DNA from: an uncultured Chloroflexia bacterium
GTDB taxonomy: Bacteria > Chloroflexota > Anaerolineae > Anaerolineales > Anaerolineaceae
Direction: 5' to 3'
Assembly (NCBI GenBank): GCA_963704755.1
Contig: OY969938.1
Location: 1,200,001-1,232,000, forward strand
DNA length: 32,000 nt
Positions 6,765 to 14,998 of this stretch are shown here, one piece after another (within the stretch, counting starts at the first letter, position 1; each line of letters starts with the position of its first letter). The position numbers were made by a program, and so were the translations under genes. Below the pieces are notes generated by a model. That model searched no databases, was not told the DNA's origin, and worked only from the letters and a program-made list of their open reading frames with translations.

Positions 6765-6798
6765 AGCCCGGCGCAGGCCGGGCTTTGTGTTTTTGTTG
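6765..6798 (+). terminator. intrinsic terminator-like hairpin + T tract (module C5)
   Basis: AGCCCGGC-GCAG-GCCGGGCT followed by TTGTGTTTTTGTTG. Confidence 0.65.
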
Positions 6799-6887
6799 CA
6801 GCGACTTCAGTCGCCAACGCGCGCTTACCAAAAATCTATTTATGCTATCATTATTTCCAACTACCACCTTACGGAGTAAACACACTC

Positions 6888-7226
6888 ATGGATAACACCG
6901 TCGTCTTATTCACCCGCAATGGATTGGGGGACGCCCCCGCCGAACTACAGCAAAAACTGGTCGTCAAGTTCCTCTCACTGATGATCGCATCAGGCGATTT
7001 GCCGGCAGTGATTTTGTTCTACACCGAGGGGGTCAAGCTGGCTTGCCAGGGTTCCCCCGTCCTGGAGCAGCTCAATCAGTTGGAAGCCAGGGGCGTACGG
7101 CTGGTCTTGTGCAGCACCTGCCTGGAATTCTTCGGCCTGGTCGACCAGGTTGCGGTCGGGATCGTGGGCGGTATGGGCGATATCCTCACCACCTTGCAGA
7201 ACGCCGGAAAAGTGCTCAGCGTCTAA
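6888..7226 (+). CDS. DsrE/DsrF-like protein resembling the C-terminal domain of YedF-type sulfur/selenium relay proteins
   Basis: 112-aa ORF. The pattern VVLFTRNGLGDAP.EL..KL...FL..L......P..ILFYTEGVKL...GSP.LE.L..LE..GV.L..C.TCL..FGL...V.VG..GGM..I matches the YedF/DsrE-like fold family. Confidence 0.7.
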   Translation: MDNTVVLFTRNGLGDAPAELQQKLVVKFLSLMIASGDLPAVILFYTEGVKLACQGSPVLEQLNQLEARGVRLVLCSTCLEFFGLVDQVAVGIVGGMGDILTTLQNAGKVLSV

Positions 7227-7642
7227 GAATGCTCGCGCAAATGCCCGACCAGTTCGATTTCGATCTGTGAACACAGGTTGGGGTTCTGCCAGGCTGATTC
7301 CGGCAACTGCCAAAGCAGCTCGATCCATTCCCGGCGGCGCTGCTCGAACAGCGCCATCACCGCGGCTTCATCCCAGGCGGCAAAGCGATCCACGGCGGCC
7401 GCGTTGAACGCATCCACGTCGTAATCCGGTGATTTCCAATCCGGGTCGTCCAACAGGCACTTCACCGCCGGGATCCCTTCTTCCCACCAGGCAATCACGT
7501 GCCCCAGCAGGTCGGCCAGGCGCAGGTAGCCTTGCTGTTCGACAAACTGCTGCCGTTCAGCGGGCGCCAACCGCCGGATCATTTCGGCATAGGCCTTCCA
7601 ACCCTCCAGCGCCGCCAAACATTCTGTTTTCAACGAATCCAT
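7223..7642 (-). CDS. ClbS/DfsB family four-helix-bundle protein (DUF1706)
   Basis: 139-aa ORF; GHVIAWWEEG and the C-terminal ELVGHLREH are typical of the DinB-like ClbS family. Its stop overlaps the DsrE-like stop within CTAA at 7223-7226. Confidence 0.75.
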   Translation of the reverse strand: MDSLKTECLAALEGWKAYAEMIRRLAPAERQQFVEQQGYLRLADLLGHVIAWWEEGIPAVKCLLDDPDWKSPDYDVDAFNAAAVDRFAAWDEAAVMALFEQRRREWIELLWQLPESAWQNPNLCSQIEIELVGHLREHS

Positions 7643-7667
7643 GCCTTTTATCCCCTCCCTGGGCCAG

Positions 7668-9701
7668 TTACAGGCCCGGGCACGAAAATTCTTGCGCGAC
7701 CTCGGCCTGGACGGTTTCCCAATCCCCGTTCTCTGGCGGGTTGGTCAGAATTGTCTGCCAAATTGAGCACAAATAGCCTTGCTGGCTTTTATCCAATTGA
7801 ATGACCCGTTGACTGATTTTCATTGCTGTTTCGGCGTCGCCAGCATCGACCGCCCCTTTAATAAAATGAGTTAACTCGACGGGTACATTTGGAGCGTACC
7901 CCAACAAATCGGCCTCAGCCAGCAAGCTCTTAGCCTGATTCCAGTCACCTGTCTGCATAGCCAGGTCGGCTTTCTCAAAATAATAGCACCAATCCCGCAC
8001 CGGCTCGGGCGTAAAAACCTCGGCCAGGTAAGGGTTGTTGTTGGACTCCAGGGTTATTCGACTCAAGTCACTCAGCGGCAGGGCGGACGCAACCATATCG
8101 TTCAGGCCAGGCATCCCCTGAAAGCTCTGATCGGCAACCCACAAACATTGACCTTCTACAGATTTGAATTGAATGACCAGGCTATCGGAAGCATTTCCAT
8201 CGAAGGTCAAATGCTCCATGCGGTTTTCATGCAAATTCGTATCGGGTTGGGGCAAAGACCGCGAAGTGAACTTGCCCAGATCGTAATACCAGTAATCTTC
8301 CGTCTCTTTCCCGTCCGGCTGGCCATACACAAAATTGATCCACGAATCATCTACCCAAGAGCCGGTAACTAAAACGCCATCCCCAAAAACGGCCGTACCC
8401 GGCTGCAAGCCCGGGGCGCGCCATTTCAACTGCCAGAACAGGCGCACCTCTTTTTCCCAGGTCCAGCGAAAGGTGTTTTCCAGGCGGAACTGGTAACCGG
8501 CTCCCAATCCGATCAAAACGCACAGCAGCAGCACCTGCGCCCGGCGGGTGAGCAGCAAATCGAACAGGCTCACCAGCGCCAGGCTGGCCCCAAACAAGGC
8601 CGCCAGGCCAAAACGGTCGGCGTAATTGCCGGTGGACACGATGTGCTGGTTGATCAACCAGGCCGGCAAGAACCCGGCCAGCATGACCAGCAGGCTGATT
8701 CCTAACCAGCTCAGCGATTTTTTGCTTCCGTTTGCCTCTTCCTTTGGCTTGAGCAGCGCGCGTGCAAAAAAATAGGCCAGGGCGGCCACGCCAACGGCCA
8801 ACAGCCAGGAAATCAGCGTCGATCCGGGGGTGATATCGATAGTAGTTGGCTGGTAGGTTTTGTACCAGGCCCCGGCAAGCGCTTCGACTACATCCCGCAG
8901 TCCTTTGACTGCAAAATCGATCAGCGTTTTGACCGGCGTTGATAACAGGCCGGTCAAAACGACCGGCGCATTGCGATCCACACCGGCGGTGGGCATAAAA
9001 AACAACCGCCAGACCACAAATATCCCCAATGCCAGCAGGTAAGGCGCCTCGTTGACCAGTGTTTTTAGCCAGCGTTGCTTCTTATCGCCTACATCCCGCA
9101 GCAAGGCCCAGATCAATACCGGGCGGATCAATTCCAGCCCGACAAAATATTCCAGGGTAAACAATTGCAGCCCGGTGGACAGCACCGCCAGCACTGTGGC
9201 CGGGATACGCCAGCGTGGATGGCGCATGGCCAGGATCATCAAGGCCAGCGAAGCCCCATACAGGCTGAAGCACAGCCAGTGGTCGCTAAACGTGACCCCC
9301 GCGGTCTGCTGCAGGAAAATAGGATACACCAGCGACAACGCCGCCGCCAGGCTGATCAGACCCTTCTTCTCCGGCCAGGTTTCCTTGAAGCTCCACCATA
9401 GCAGCACCGTCGCCAGCCAGCGCAGCCCTAAAGACCAAAGCTGCCAGCCTACCCGCGAGTAGCCGTTCAGCAGAAAGCCGATCCACCAGGGCCAGGCCCC
9501 AAAAGGACGGTCGACCGCGAAAGAATACTCTTGCAAGCGCATAAACCCGCCCTTGAACAACTGGTACAGGTCCACCCAATCGTCCAGGTAATATCCTAAC
9601 CAATGGGATTGCAATGCATAAGCGATTAGCGCCAGCAAAAGCAGCGCCAGCGGGATGGGGAAGATGAATTGGATCTTGCCGCGGAAGAGGCGTATGGGCA
9701 T
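7668..9701 (-). CDS. large polytopic membrane protein, GT-C-like putative glycosyltransferase with a C-terminal soluble (TPR-like) domain
   Basis: 677-aa ORF. The first ~420 aa contain at least 10 hydrophobic segments; the rest is a hydrophilic C-terminal domain. It sits 25 nt upstream of the ClbS-like gene on the same strand. The family call is inference. Confidence 0.65.
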   Translation of the reverse strand: MPIRLFRGKIQFIFPIPLALLLLALIAYALQSHWLGYYLDDWVDLYQLFKGGFMRLQEYSFAVDRPFGAWPWWIGFLLNGYSRVGWQLWSLGLRWLATVLLWWSFKETWPEKKGLISLAAALSLVYPIFLQQTAGVTFSDHWLCFSLYGASLALMILAMRHPRWRIPATVLAVLSTGLQLFTLEYFVGLELIRPVLIWALLRDVGDKKQRWLKTLVNEAPYLLALGIFVVWRLFFMPTAGVDRNAPVVLTGLLSTPVKTLIDFAVKGLRDVVEALAGAWYKTYQPTTIDITPGSTLISWLLAVGVAALAYFFARALLKPKEEANGSKKSLSWLGISLLVMLAGFLPAWLINQHIVSTGNYADRFGLAALFGASLALVSLFDLLLTRRAQVLLLCVLIGLGAGYQFRLENTFRWTWEKEVRLFWQLKWRAPGLQPGTAVFGDGVLVTGSWVDDSWINFVYGQPDGKETEDYWYYDLGKFTSRSLPQPDTNLHENRMEHLTFDGNASDSLVIQFKSVEGQCLWVADQSFQGMPGLNDMVASALPLSDLSRITLESNNNPYLAEVFTPEPVRDWCYYFEKADLAMQTGDWNQAKSLLAEADLLGYAPNVPVELTHFIKGAVDAGDAETAMKISQRVIQLDKSQQGYLCSIWQTILTNPPENGDWETVQAEVAQEFSCPGL

Positions 9702-9806
9702 GTGGGTTTCTCTCAGATAGTAACACCCGGAGTATAACGCAAATTATCCTCCGGCGGATTCTAAATTGTGGTTTTTATATTTTGCCCCGGTTGGTTTAAA
9801 GGTGAA

Positions 9807-9857
9807 GGTGTTCTTGTTGCTTTTCGCGCGCTTTGCGCGAAAAGCAACAAAACCACC
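9807..9857. repeat. intergenic palindrome, family 2 variant (23-bp arms, 2 mismatches)
   Basis: GGTGTTCTTGTTGCTTTTCGCGC / GCGCGAAAAGCAACAAAACCACC. Related to the elements at 14898 and 25481. An outer CCCGGTT...AACCGGG (about 9786-9880) extends the symmetry. Confidence 0.8.
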
Positions 9858-9984
9858 CCGATTCCCCCCAAAAACCGGGAAGCTGCCAGAAAACTTGCCT
9901 CCTGAGTAGGGGCGCTTATAATCAGGCCATAGCTATTTATGCATTCAGCGCAGCTCAAACCATACCCCGGGAATTAAATCTGCC

Positions 9985-12688
9985 ATGGTTAGCGACAATA
10001 TGCCGGCTCAAACAAAAAACACTTACGGCTTGCTGCACACCAAGCTCATGCCGCCGCGCCTGCATACGGGATTGCTGCCGCGGCCGGCCCTGTTCGACCG
10101 CCTGGACCAGGCCCTCAAAAAGAAACTGACCCTGGTCATTGCCCCCACCGGCTTTGGCAAATCGACCCTGGTCGGTAGCTGGATCGCCGCCCGGACTGCC
10201 CAGGCTGCCTGGGTGACCCTGGACGAGAACGACAACGACCCGGTCCGCTTCTGGACCTACCTGATCACTGCTTTGCACAACTTCGCTCCGGCGTTGGGGA
10301 AAACTTCGTTAGCCGCCCTGGCTGCCCCCCAGCCCTCTACCGACCAATCCGTGCTGGTGCCACTGATCAATGACCTGGCCCAACTCACTGAGCCGTGCGT
10401 TTTGGTCCTGGAGGACTACCAGGTTATCCAATCCGGCGAGATCAACGAAGCCGTCACTTACCTGCTCCAAAATCTGATCGATCCGCTCCACCTGGTGATC
10501 CTTTCGCGCAGCGAGCCGGACTTGCCTTTGGCCATTTTGCGCGCCCGGAACGAGCTGACTGAAATCGACGCCGCCGACCTGCGCTTTTCGGATGAAGAGA
10601 CCCAGGCTTTCCTGCACTCAGCCATTCAAAGCGACCTCCCCTCCGAGGCGGTCAGCCAGCTCCAGGAAAGGACAGAAGGTTGGCCGGCCGGTCTGCGACT
10701 GGCCGCCCTGGCGCTGAACAATCAGAAAGGTCAGGCCGGTCTCGAAAGCGTACTGCAATCCTTTTCTGGCAGCCATCCGTATGTGGCCGATTACCTGATC
10801 CAGGAAGTGTTCAAGAACCAGTCCCCCAACGTGCAGACGTTTTTATTGCGAACCGGCTTCCTGGACCGCTTGAACGCGTCCTTGTGCGAAGCGGTCAGCG
10901 GCATAGCCAAATCGGCCGGGCTGCTGGAAAAGCTCGCCCGGGAAAGCCTGTTCATCGTTCCCCTGGAGAAAAGCGGCCACCAGGCCTGGTACCGCTACAA
11001 TCCCCTATTCGCCGAAACTATCCAGTATTTAGCCCGCCAGCGCCTGGATGCGGTCGAGATTACGACCCTCTTCGAAAAGGCCAGCGCCTGGTATGAATAC
11101 CACCAAGATTATGAAAATGCGGTTGAAGCAGCGTTGTCAGCCAGGCTTTACCCGCGTGTGCTCACCTTGATCGAGAAATACATCGAAATTCAATCCATAA
11201 CCGCGGTCCAAACCCTAAAGCGCTGGTTGAGCAGCGTCCCGGATCAATATATTTTCGAACAACCGGAAGCCAGTTTTACCTATGCGCAAGTTATATTATT
11301 CACCGAAGACCGTTATGCCCCGGATATGGCGTCTAAGCTCGAACCTTACCTGAACGCGGCCGAAAAAAGTTGGGGGAAAGAAAATAACCGTGCCCGGTTA
11401 GGGGCCGTAAAGTCGCTCAGGGGAATCACTGCCTGGTGGCAAGGTGATATTGCGAAAGCCTGCCGGCTTGCGCAACAATCTCTGGACGAAATTCCCGAAA
11501 CGGATATTTTTTGGAGGGGCAACAGCCTGCTCATCAGTGCGTTTGGCGACCTGAACTCAGACGATATCTTCGCGGCGCAAGACACGATTTTGGAAGCGCG
11601 TGCCCTGTTAGGCGCAGCCAATAACATTTACGGCGTTTTAGCCGCCACCCAGATCCTGAGCGCCGCCGATTACTGGCTGGGCGAACTGGAACAGGCCCGC
11701 CAGTTGAACGAACAGATCATCGCAGAAGCAGTCGGCAGTGAGGATATGCTCGACGACCAGGGCATTGCCCGCCTGTCCCTGGCAAATATCAGCTACGAAG
11801 AAAACGATTTGCCTACCGCCGAAAACTACCTGCAAGAGGCATTGGACCTGGCGACCCGGCGCAGAAACGAGCTGCTACTGGCCCTGGTGACCGGCCGCCA
11901 GGCCCGCCTGCAGCTTGTCCGCGGAAAACCCGCCCAGGCCGTGGACCTGCTTGAAAGCCCAGGCCACCCGGCTGCAAAACCCCAATGCCCTGCGCGAGAT
12001 CGATATCGCCCTGGCAGAAATATCTGCCCACGTCCCTGCACCTGCGGCAGCCGGCAAATCTGCGCTGGAAGCCCGCCAGGGATCCGGCAGCCTGTTATTC
12101 CTGGAACAAGAACGACTGATGTTCGCCCAGGCCGGCAAATTGATCCGCGCCGGGATGAATTCAGAGGCGTCGAAACTCCTCGCCGGCCATGCGGCGGACG
12201 CGGCCAAACACGGCCGCATCCGCAACCAGGTCGAAGCCCTCTGCCTGGAAGCGCTAGCATATCAGGCTGCCGGCCAGCCGGAGAACGCCAGAGCTGCTTT
12301 GATCCAGGCATTGGCCGTTGGGCAGGCCAAAGGTTTCGTGCGCCTGTTCATCGACGAAGGCGTCGAAATGGCCGGCTTGCTCAAGCAAGTCATTCCCACT
12401 TTATCCAAACGCGCCCTGGCCATGTACGCCACCACTTTACTGCAAGCTTTTCCCAGCGAAATCGGCGCCGTGCCCCCCGGGGCTGCCGGACTGATCGAGC
12501 CGCTCAGCCAGCAAGAGCTGCGCGTCTTGCGCTACCTGGTGGCCGGCCTGTCCAACACCGAAATCGGCCAGGAGCTGATCGTCTCGACCAACACGGTCAA
12601 AACCCACGTCAAGAATATCTATCGCAAGCTCGACGTAAGCACCCGGGGTGAAGCCCGCCAGGTCGCCCACGAGCTCAACCTGATTTAA
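9985..12688 (+). pseudogene. MalT-like STAND ATPase / LuxR-family transcriptional regulator, interrupted by a 1-nt frameshift near 11951-11958
   Basis: N-terminus LLHTKLMPPR...LTLVIAPTGFGKSTL (MalT-type P-loop), then a long helical/TPR region. After ...AVDLLE the first frame becomes Arg/Pro-rich nonsense. The +1 frame continues AQATRLQNPNALREIDIAL...GFVRLFIDEG... and ends with a LuxR HTH (LSQQELRVLRYLVAGLSNTEIGQELIVSTNTVKTHVKNIYRKLDV). Confidence 0.85.
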
Positions 12689-12810
12689 CTCACCTGCCCC
12701 GGCGATCACAATCACCCGCTCGATCACCCCAATCGGGTGAAGTTAAACGTTTGCCCCGGCCATAAAATAAGATCATCGATAACCAATCAAGTGGGTGCAG
12801 AAAGTGACCC

Positions 12811-12855
12811 AATTTGAGGTGTTTGTAGAGCGAAGCTCTACAAACACCTCAAATT
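12811..12855. repeat. intergenic palindrome, family 1 (21-bp perfect arms, 3-nt loop)
   Basis: AATTTGAGGTGTTTGTAGAGC-GAA-GCTCTACAAACACCTCAAATT. Confidence 0.9.
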
Positions 12856-12893
12856 CAGGATTTTCAACAATTTTAGAACGAGGAAGGCAGGCA

Positions 12894-13481
12894 ATGACAC
12901 AACGGACGATGTACGCCGGGACAAGTCCCAGCATAATTATTAAATCAGGCCTGGACGTGACGGTAAAAGGGATCGACGGAGATCAGATTTCGGTGGTGAC
13001 CGGAAAGCTGATGGGCTTAAAAATCGAGCGAAAAAAGGATGAGATCGAGGTCAAAATCGGCGGCAGCGGCGAGGTTTCGGTACCCCGGGGAGCGGATGTA
13101 AAAATTTACGCCGGAAAAAATATCACCCTGGAAGGCTTGGATGGAACTGCCGATGGGTACGCCGGCCTGCACCTGACCTTTCGCGACGTAGCCAAACTGG
13201 GGCGCGTGTCGGCCGGCGGCCGCATGGATATCGACTGCCGCTCGATGACCGGTATGGACAACACTTATAAGTCTGGCATGGACCTGCGCTTTCATGTCCA
13301 GGACCTGACCAGCGCCCGTGTGCGCATCAAGGATATTGGCGGGTACTGGGAAGCCCAAATCGGCAGCGCCGAAAAGTCGATCTATCTGAAGTGTGGCGGC
13401 GATGCCATTCTGGTCACCGACCAGGAAGTACATGCCCTGCCCCCCGACTACATCCTGGGCAAAATCGAGAAACCGGCCTGA
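12894..13481 (+). CDS. beta-strand-repeat protein, DUF4097-like (putative adhesin/LiaG-like fold)
   Basis: 195 aa from ATG 12894, with GAGGAAGG upstream. The longer track ORF would translate the palindrome. Repetitive G-x-[IV]-x-[IV] strand pattern (VTVKGIDGDQISVV, VKIGGSGEVSV, VKIYAGKNITLEG...). The function call is weak. Confidence 0.6.
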   Translation: MTQRTMYAGTSPSIIIKSGLDVTVKGIDGDQISVVTGKLMGLKIERKKDEIEVKIGGSGEVSVPRGADVKIYAGKNITLEGLDGTADGYAGLHLTFRDVAKLGRVSAGGRMDIDCRSMTGMDNTYKSGMDLRFHVQDLTSARVRIKDIGGYWEAQIGSAEKSIYLKCGGDAILVTDQEVHALPPDYILGKIEKPA

Positions 13482-13535
13482 TTTTTGGCCATAGTTATTA
13501 ACGGTATCGGGTCTCCCGTTTTAAACGGGGAAATA

Positions 13536-13590
13536 CCCAGATTTGATGTGTGTGGGCAGGCGAAACCCGTCCACACACATCAAATCTGGG
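13536..13590. repeat. intergenic palindrome (20-bp perfect arms, 15-nt loop), related to family 1
   Basis: CCCAGATTTGATGTGTGTGG ... CCACACACATCAAATCTGGG. Confidence 0.9.
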
Positions 13591-13631
13591 AGTACCACCC
13601 GTCAGAAACAGAAGAGGTAGGGTATATTTTT

Positions 13632-14858
13632 ATGGTTACGAAAAACTCATCCAATAAACGAGCGCTGGGGTTGATCTTTTTCATCATGCTGATGGATATT
13701 ATCGGTTTGAGCATTCTCAGCCCGGTTGCTCCTTATATCGTGGCCCAATTCAGCAGTGACGCCTTGATGGTCACCCTGCTGACCGTCATCTATGCCGCGG
13801 CCCAATTTCTGGCCGCACCTATCCTGGGCAAAATCAGCGACCGGGTCGGCCGGCGGCGGGTGCTGCTGGTGTGCGTCTTCGGCTCGGCGATCGGCTATTT
13901 CATCTTCGGTATCGGCGGCGCTTTGTGGATATTGTTCCTCTCGCGCCTGATCGATGGGATCACCGGCGGAAACCTGTCCACGGCGGCGGCCTATATTGCC
14001 GACATCTCCAAACCCGAAGAGCGGGCCAGAAACTTTACCCTGATCGGCATGGCCTATGGCATTGGTTTCATCCTCGGGCCGGCCCTGGGCGGCGCCCTGG
14101 GCCAGATCAGCCTGAACGCGCCTTTATTCGCCGCCGGGGTGATCTCACTGATCAGCGTCGTATTGGTGTACTTCTGGCTGCCCGAATCGCTGCCGCGCGA
14201 ACGCCGCGAAAAAGCCCCCCTGCGCCTCAAAGACTTCAATCCGCTCGTCTCGATCGGCTACATGATGCGCAAACCCGGCCTGGGGGCCCTGCTGCTGGTT
14301 TATTTGCTCTTCAATTTCGCCTTTGACGGCGGCAATAGCACCCTGGGCGTGTTCGTAGTGCAGAAGTTCACCACTCAACCCTGGGTGATCGGTTCTCTGT
14401 TCGTCACCACCGGTATCTCCCTTGCCATCGGACAGGCGCTGCTGGTCAAAAAGGTGGTGCCGGTCTTCGGTGAAAAACGCATTGCCCTGGTCAGCCTGAT
14501 CGGCACCGGGATTGGCTATATTTTCTTCGTCAGTATGCCGGCCTTGTGGCTGCTTTACCCGGTCGGCTTCCTCCAAATGGGTGTGACCGGCTTCATCTGG
14601 TCCTGCCTGGGCACGTTGTGCGCCAACGCTGTGCCAGACAATGAACAGGGCCTGCTGGCCGGGGTCAACGCGGCCCTGGGCGGCCTGGCTTCCATGCTCG
14701 GCCCGCTGTGGGCCGGGGCTGTCTACGACCAAATCTCACCGGCCTCGCCGTACTGGATGGGCGCAATCGTTCTGGTCATCGCCAGTTTGATCCTGATTCA
14801 GGTCAAAGTGAAGGCGCCGGCCGCTTCTCAAACCGCGCCCTCCTCCGCAGCAGATTAA
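13632..14858 (+). CDS. MFS transporter, TCR/Tet-family efflux pump-like
   Basis: 408 aa from ATG 13632. 12-TM style hydrophobicity and MFS motif A GKISDRVGRRRVLL. The N-terminus LGLIFFIMLMDIIGLSILSPVAPY is typical of TetA-class pumps. The upstream part of the track ORF covers the palindrome. Confidence 0.9.
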   Translation: MVTKNSSNKRALGLIFFIMLMDIIGLSILSPVAPYIVAQFSSDALMVTLLTVIYAAAQFLAAPILGKISDRVGRRRVLLVCVFGSAIGYFIFGIGGALWILFLSRLIDGITGGNLSTAAAYIADISKPEERARNFTLIGMAYGIGFILGPALGGALGQISLNAPLFAAGVISLISVVLVYFWLPESLPRERREKAPLRLKDFNPLVSIGYMMRKPGLGALLLVYLLFNFAFDGGNSTLGVFVVQKFTTQPWVIGSLFVTTGISLAIGQALLVKKVVPVFGEKRIALVSLIGTGIGYIFFVSMPALWLLYPVGFLQMGVTGFIWSCLGTLCANAVPDNEQGLLAGVNAALGGLASMLGPLWAGAVYDQISPASPYWMGAIVLVIASLILIQVKVKAPAASQTAPSSAAD

Positions 14859-14879
14859 ATCACGCACCTGGTAACGAAT

Positions 14880-14973
14880 CAGCCACCGCAAATGATTGGG
14901 GTGTTTTTATTGTTTTTCGCGTGCTTCGCACGCGAAAAACAATAAAAACACCCCAAATTTCCGCACTGGCCTG
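14880..14973. repeat. ~95-bp MITE-like palindromic element, family 2 (core 27-bp perfect hairpin 14898-14954)
   Basis: GGGGTGTTTTTATTGTTTTTCGCGTGC-TTC-GCACGCGAAAAACAATAAAAACACCCC. The flanks are also similar to the copy at 25464-25557. It lies between convergent genes and may act as a bidirectional terminator. Confidence 0.85.
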
Positions 14974-14998
14974 AGTATTAACAACCCTTTTTATACGG

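Larger units (their letters stand above)
5563..6798 (+). repeat. modular tandem/mosaic repeat array of GC-rich hairpin modules, non-coding
   Basis: Recurring modules A, B, C, D-E-F, G and H are detailed in the findings. Unit starts fall at about 5563, 5908, 6178, 6505 and 6646. Track ORFs here only translate the repeats. Confidence 0.85.

Noticed and set aside
5563-6798. Possible CRISPR array or integron attC cassette array
   Set aside because: The repeats are long, heterogeneous modules with no uniform 25-40-nt direct repeat and no unique spacers. No cas or intI gene is nearby, and RYYYAAC/GTTRRRY attC boundary motifs are not convincingly present.
5509-6895. Series of 66-130-aa ORFs on both strands in the repeat array, several sharing AAVETASTSTRRPTFVGL-like peptides
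   Set aside because: The similarity comes from nucleotide repeats read in whatever frame is open. Frames are not preserved between copies, the ORFs run through terminator hairpins, and substitutions are compensatory for RNA stems rather than synonymous.
11960-12651. C-terminal ~230 aa of the 888-aa track ORF (Arg/Pro/Gly-rich tail)
   Set aside because: This is out-of-frame read-through after the frameshift. The +1 frame (11915-12688) carries the conserved TPR region and LuxR HTH.
12795-12893. N-terminal extensions of the DUF4097-like ORF here, and likewise of the MFS ORF at 13485-13631
   Set aside because: Both extensions translate straight through perfect intergenic palindromes. Internal ATGs with purine-rich RBS-like sequences give sensible N-termini.
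13871-14732. Alternative-frame and antisense ORFs (13871-14326 +, 14145-14732 -) inside the MFS gene
   Set aside because: Their Arg/Pro/Gly-rich composition is typical of off-frame high-GC translation. The MFS frame has clear TM periodicity and motif A.
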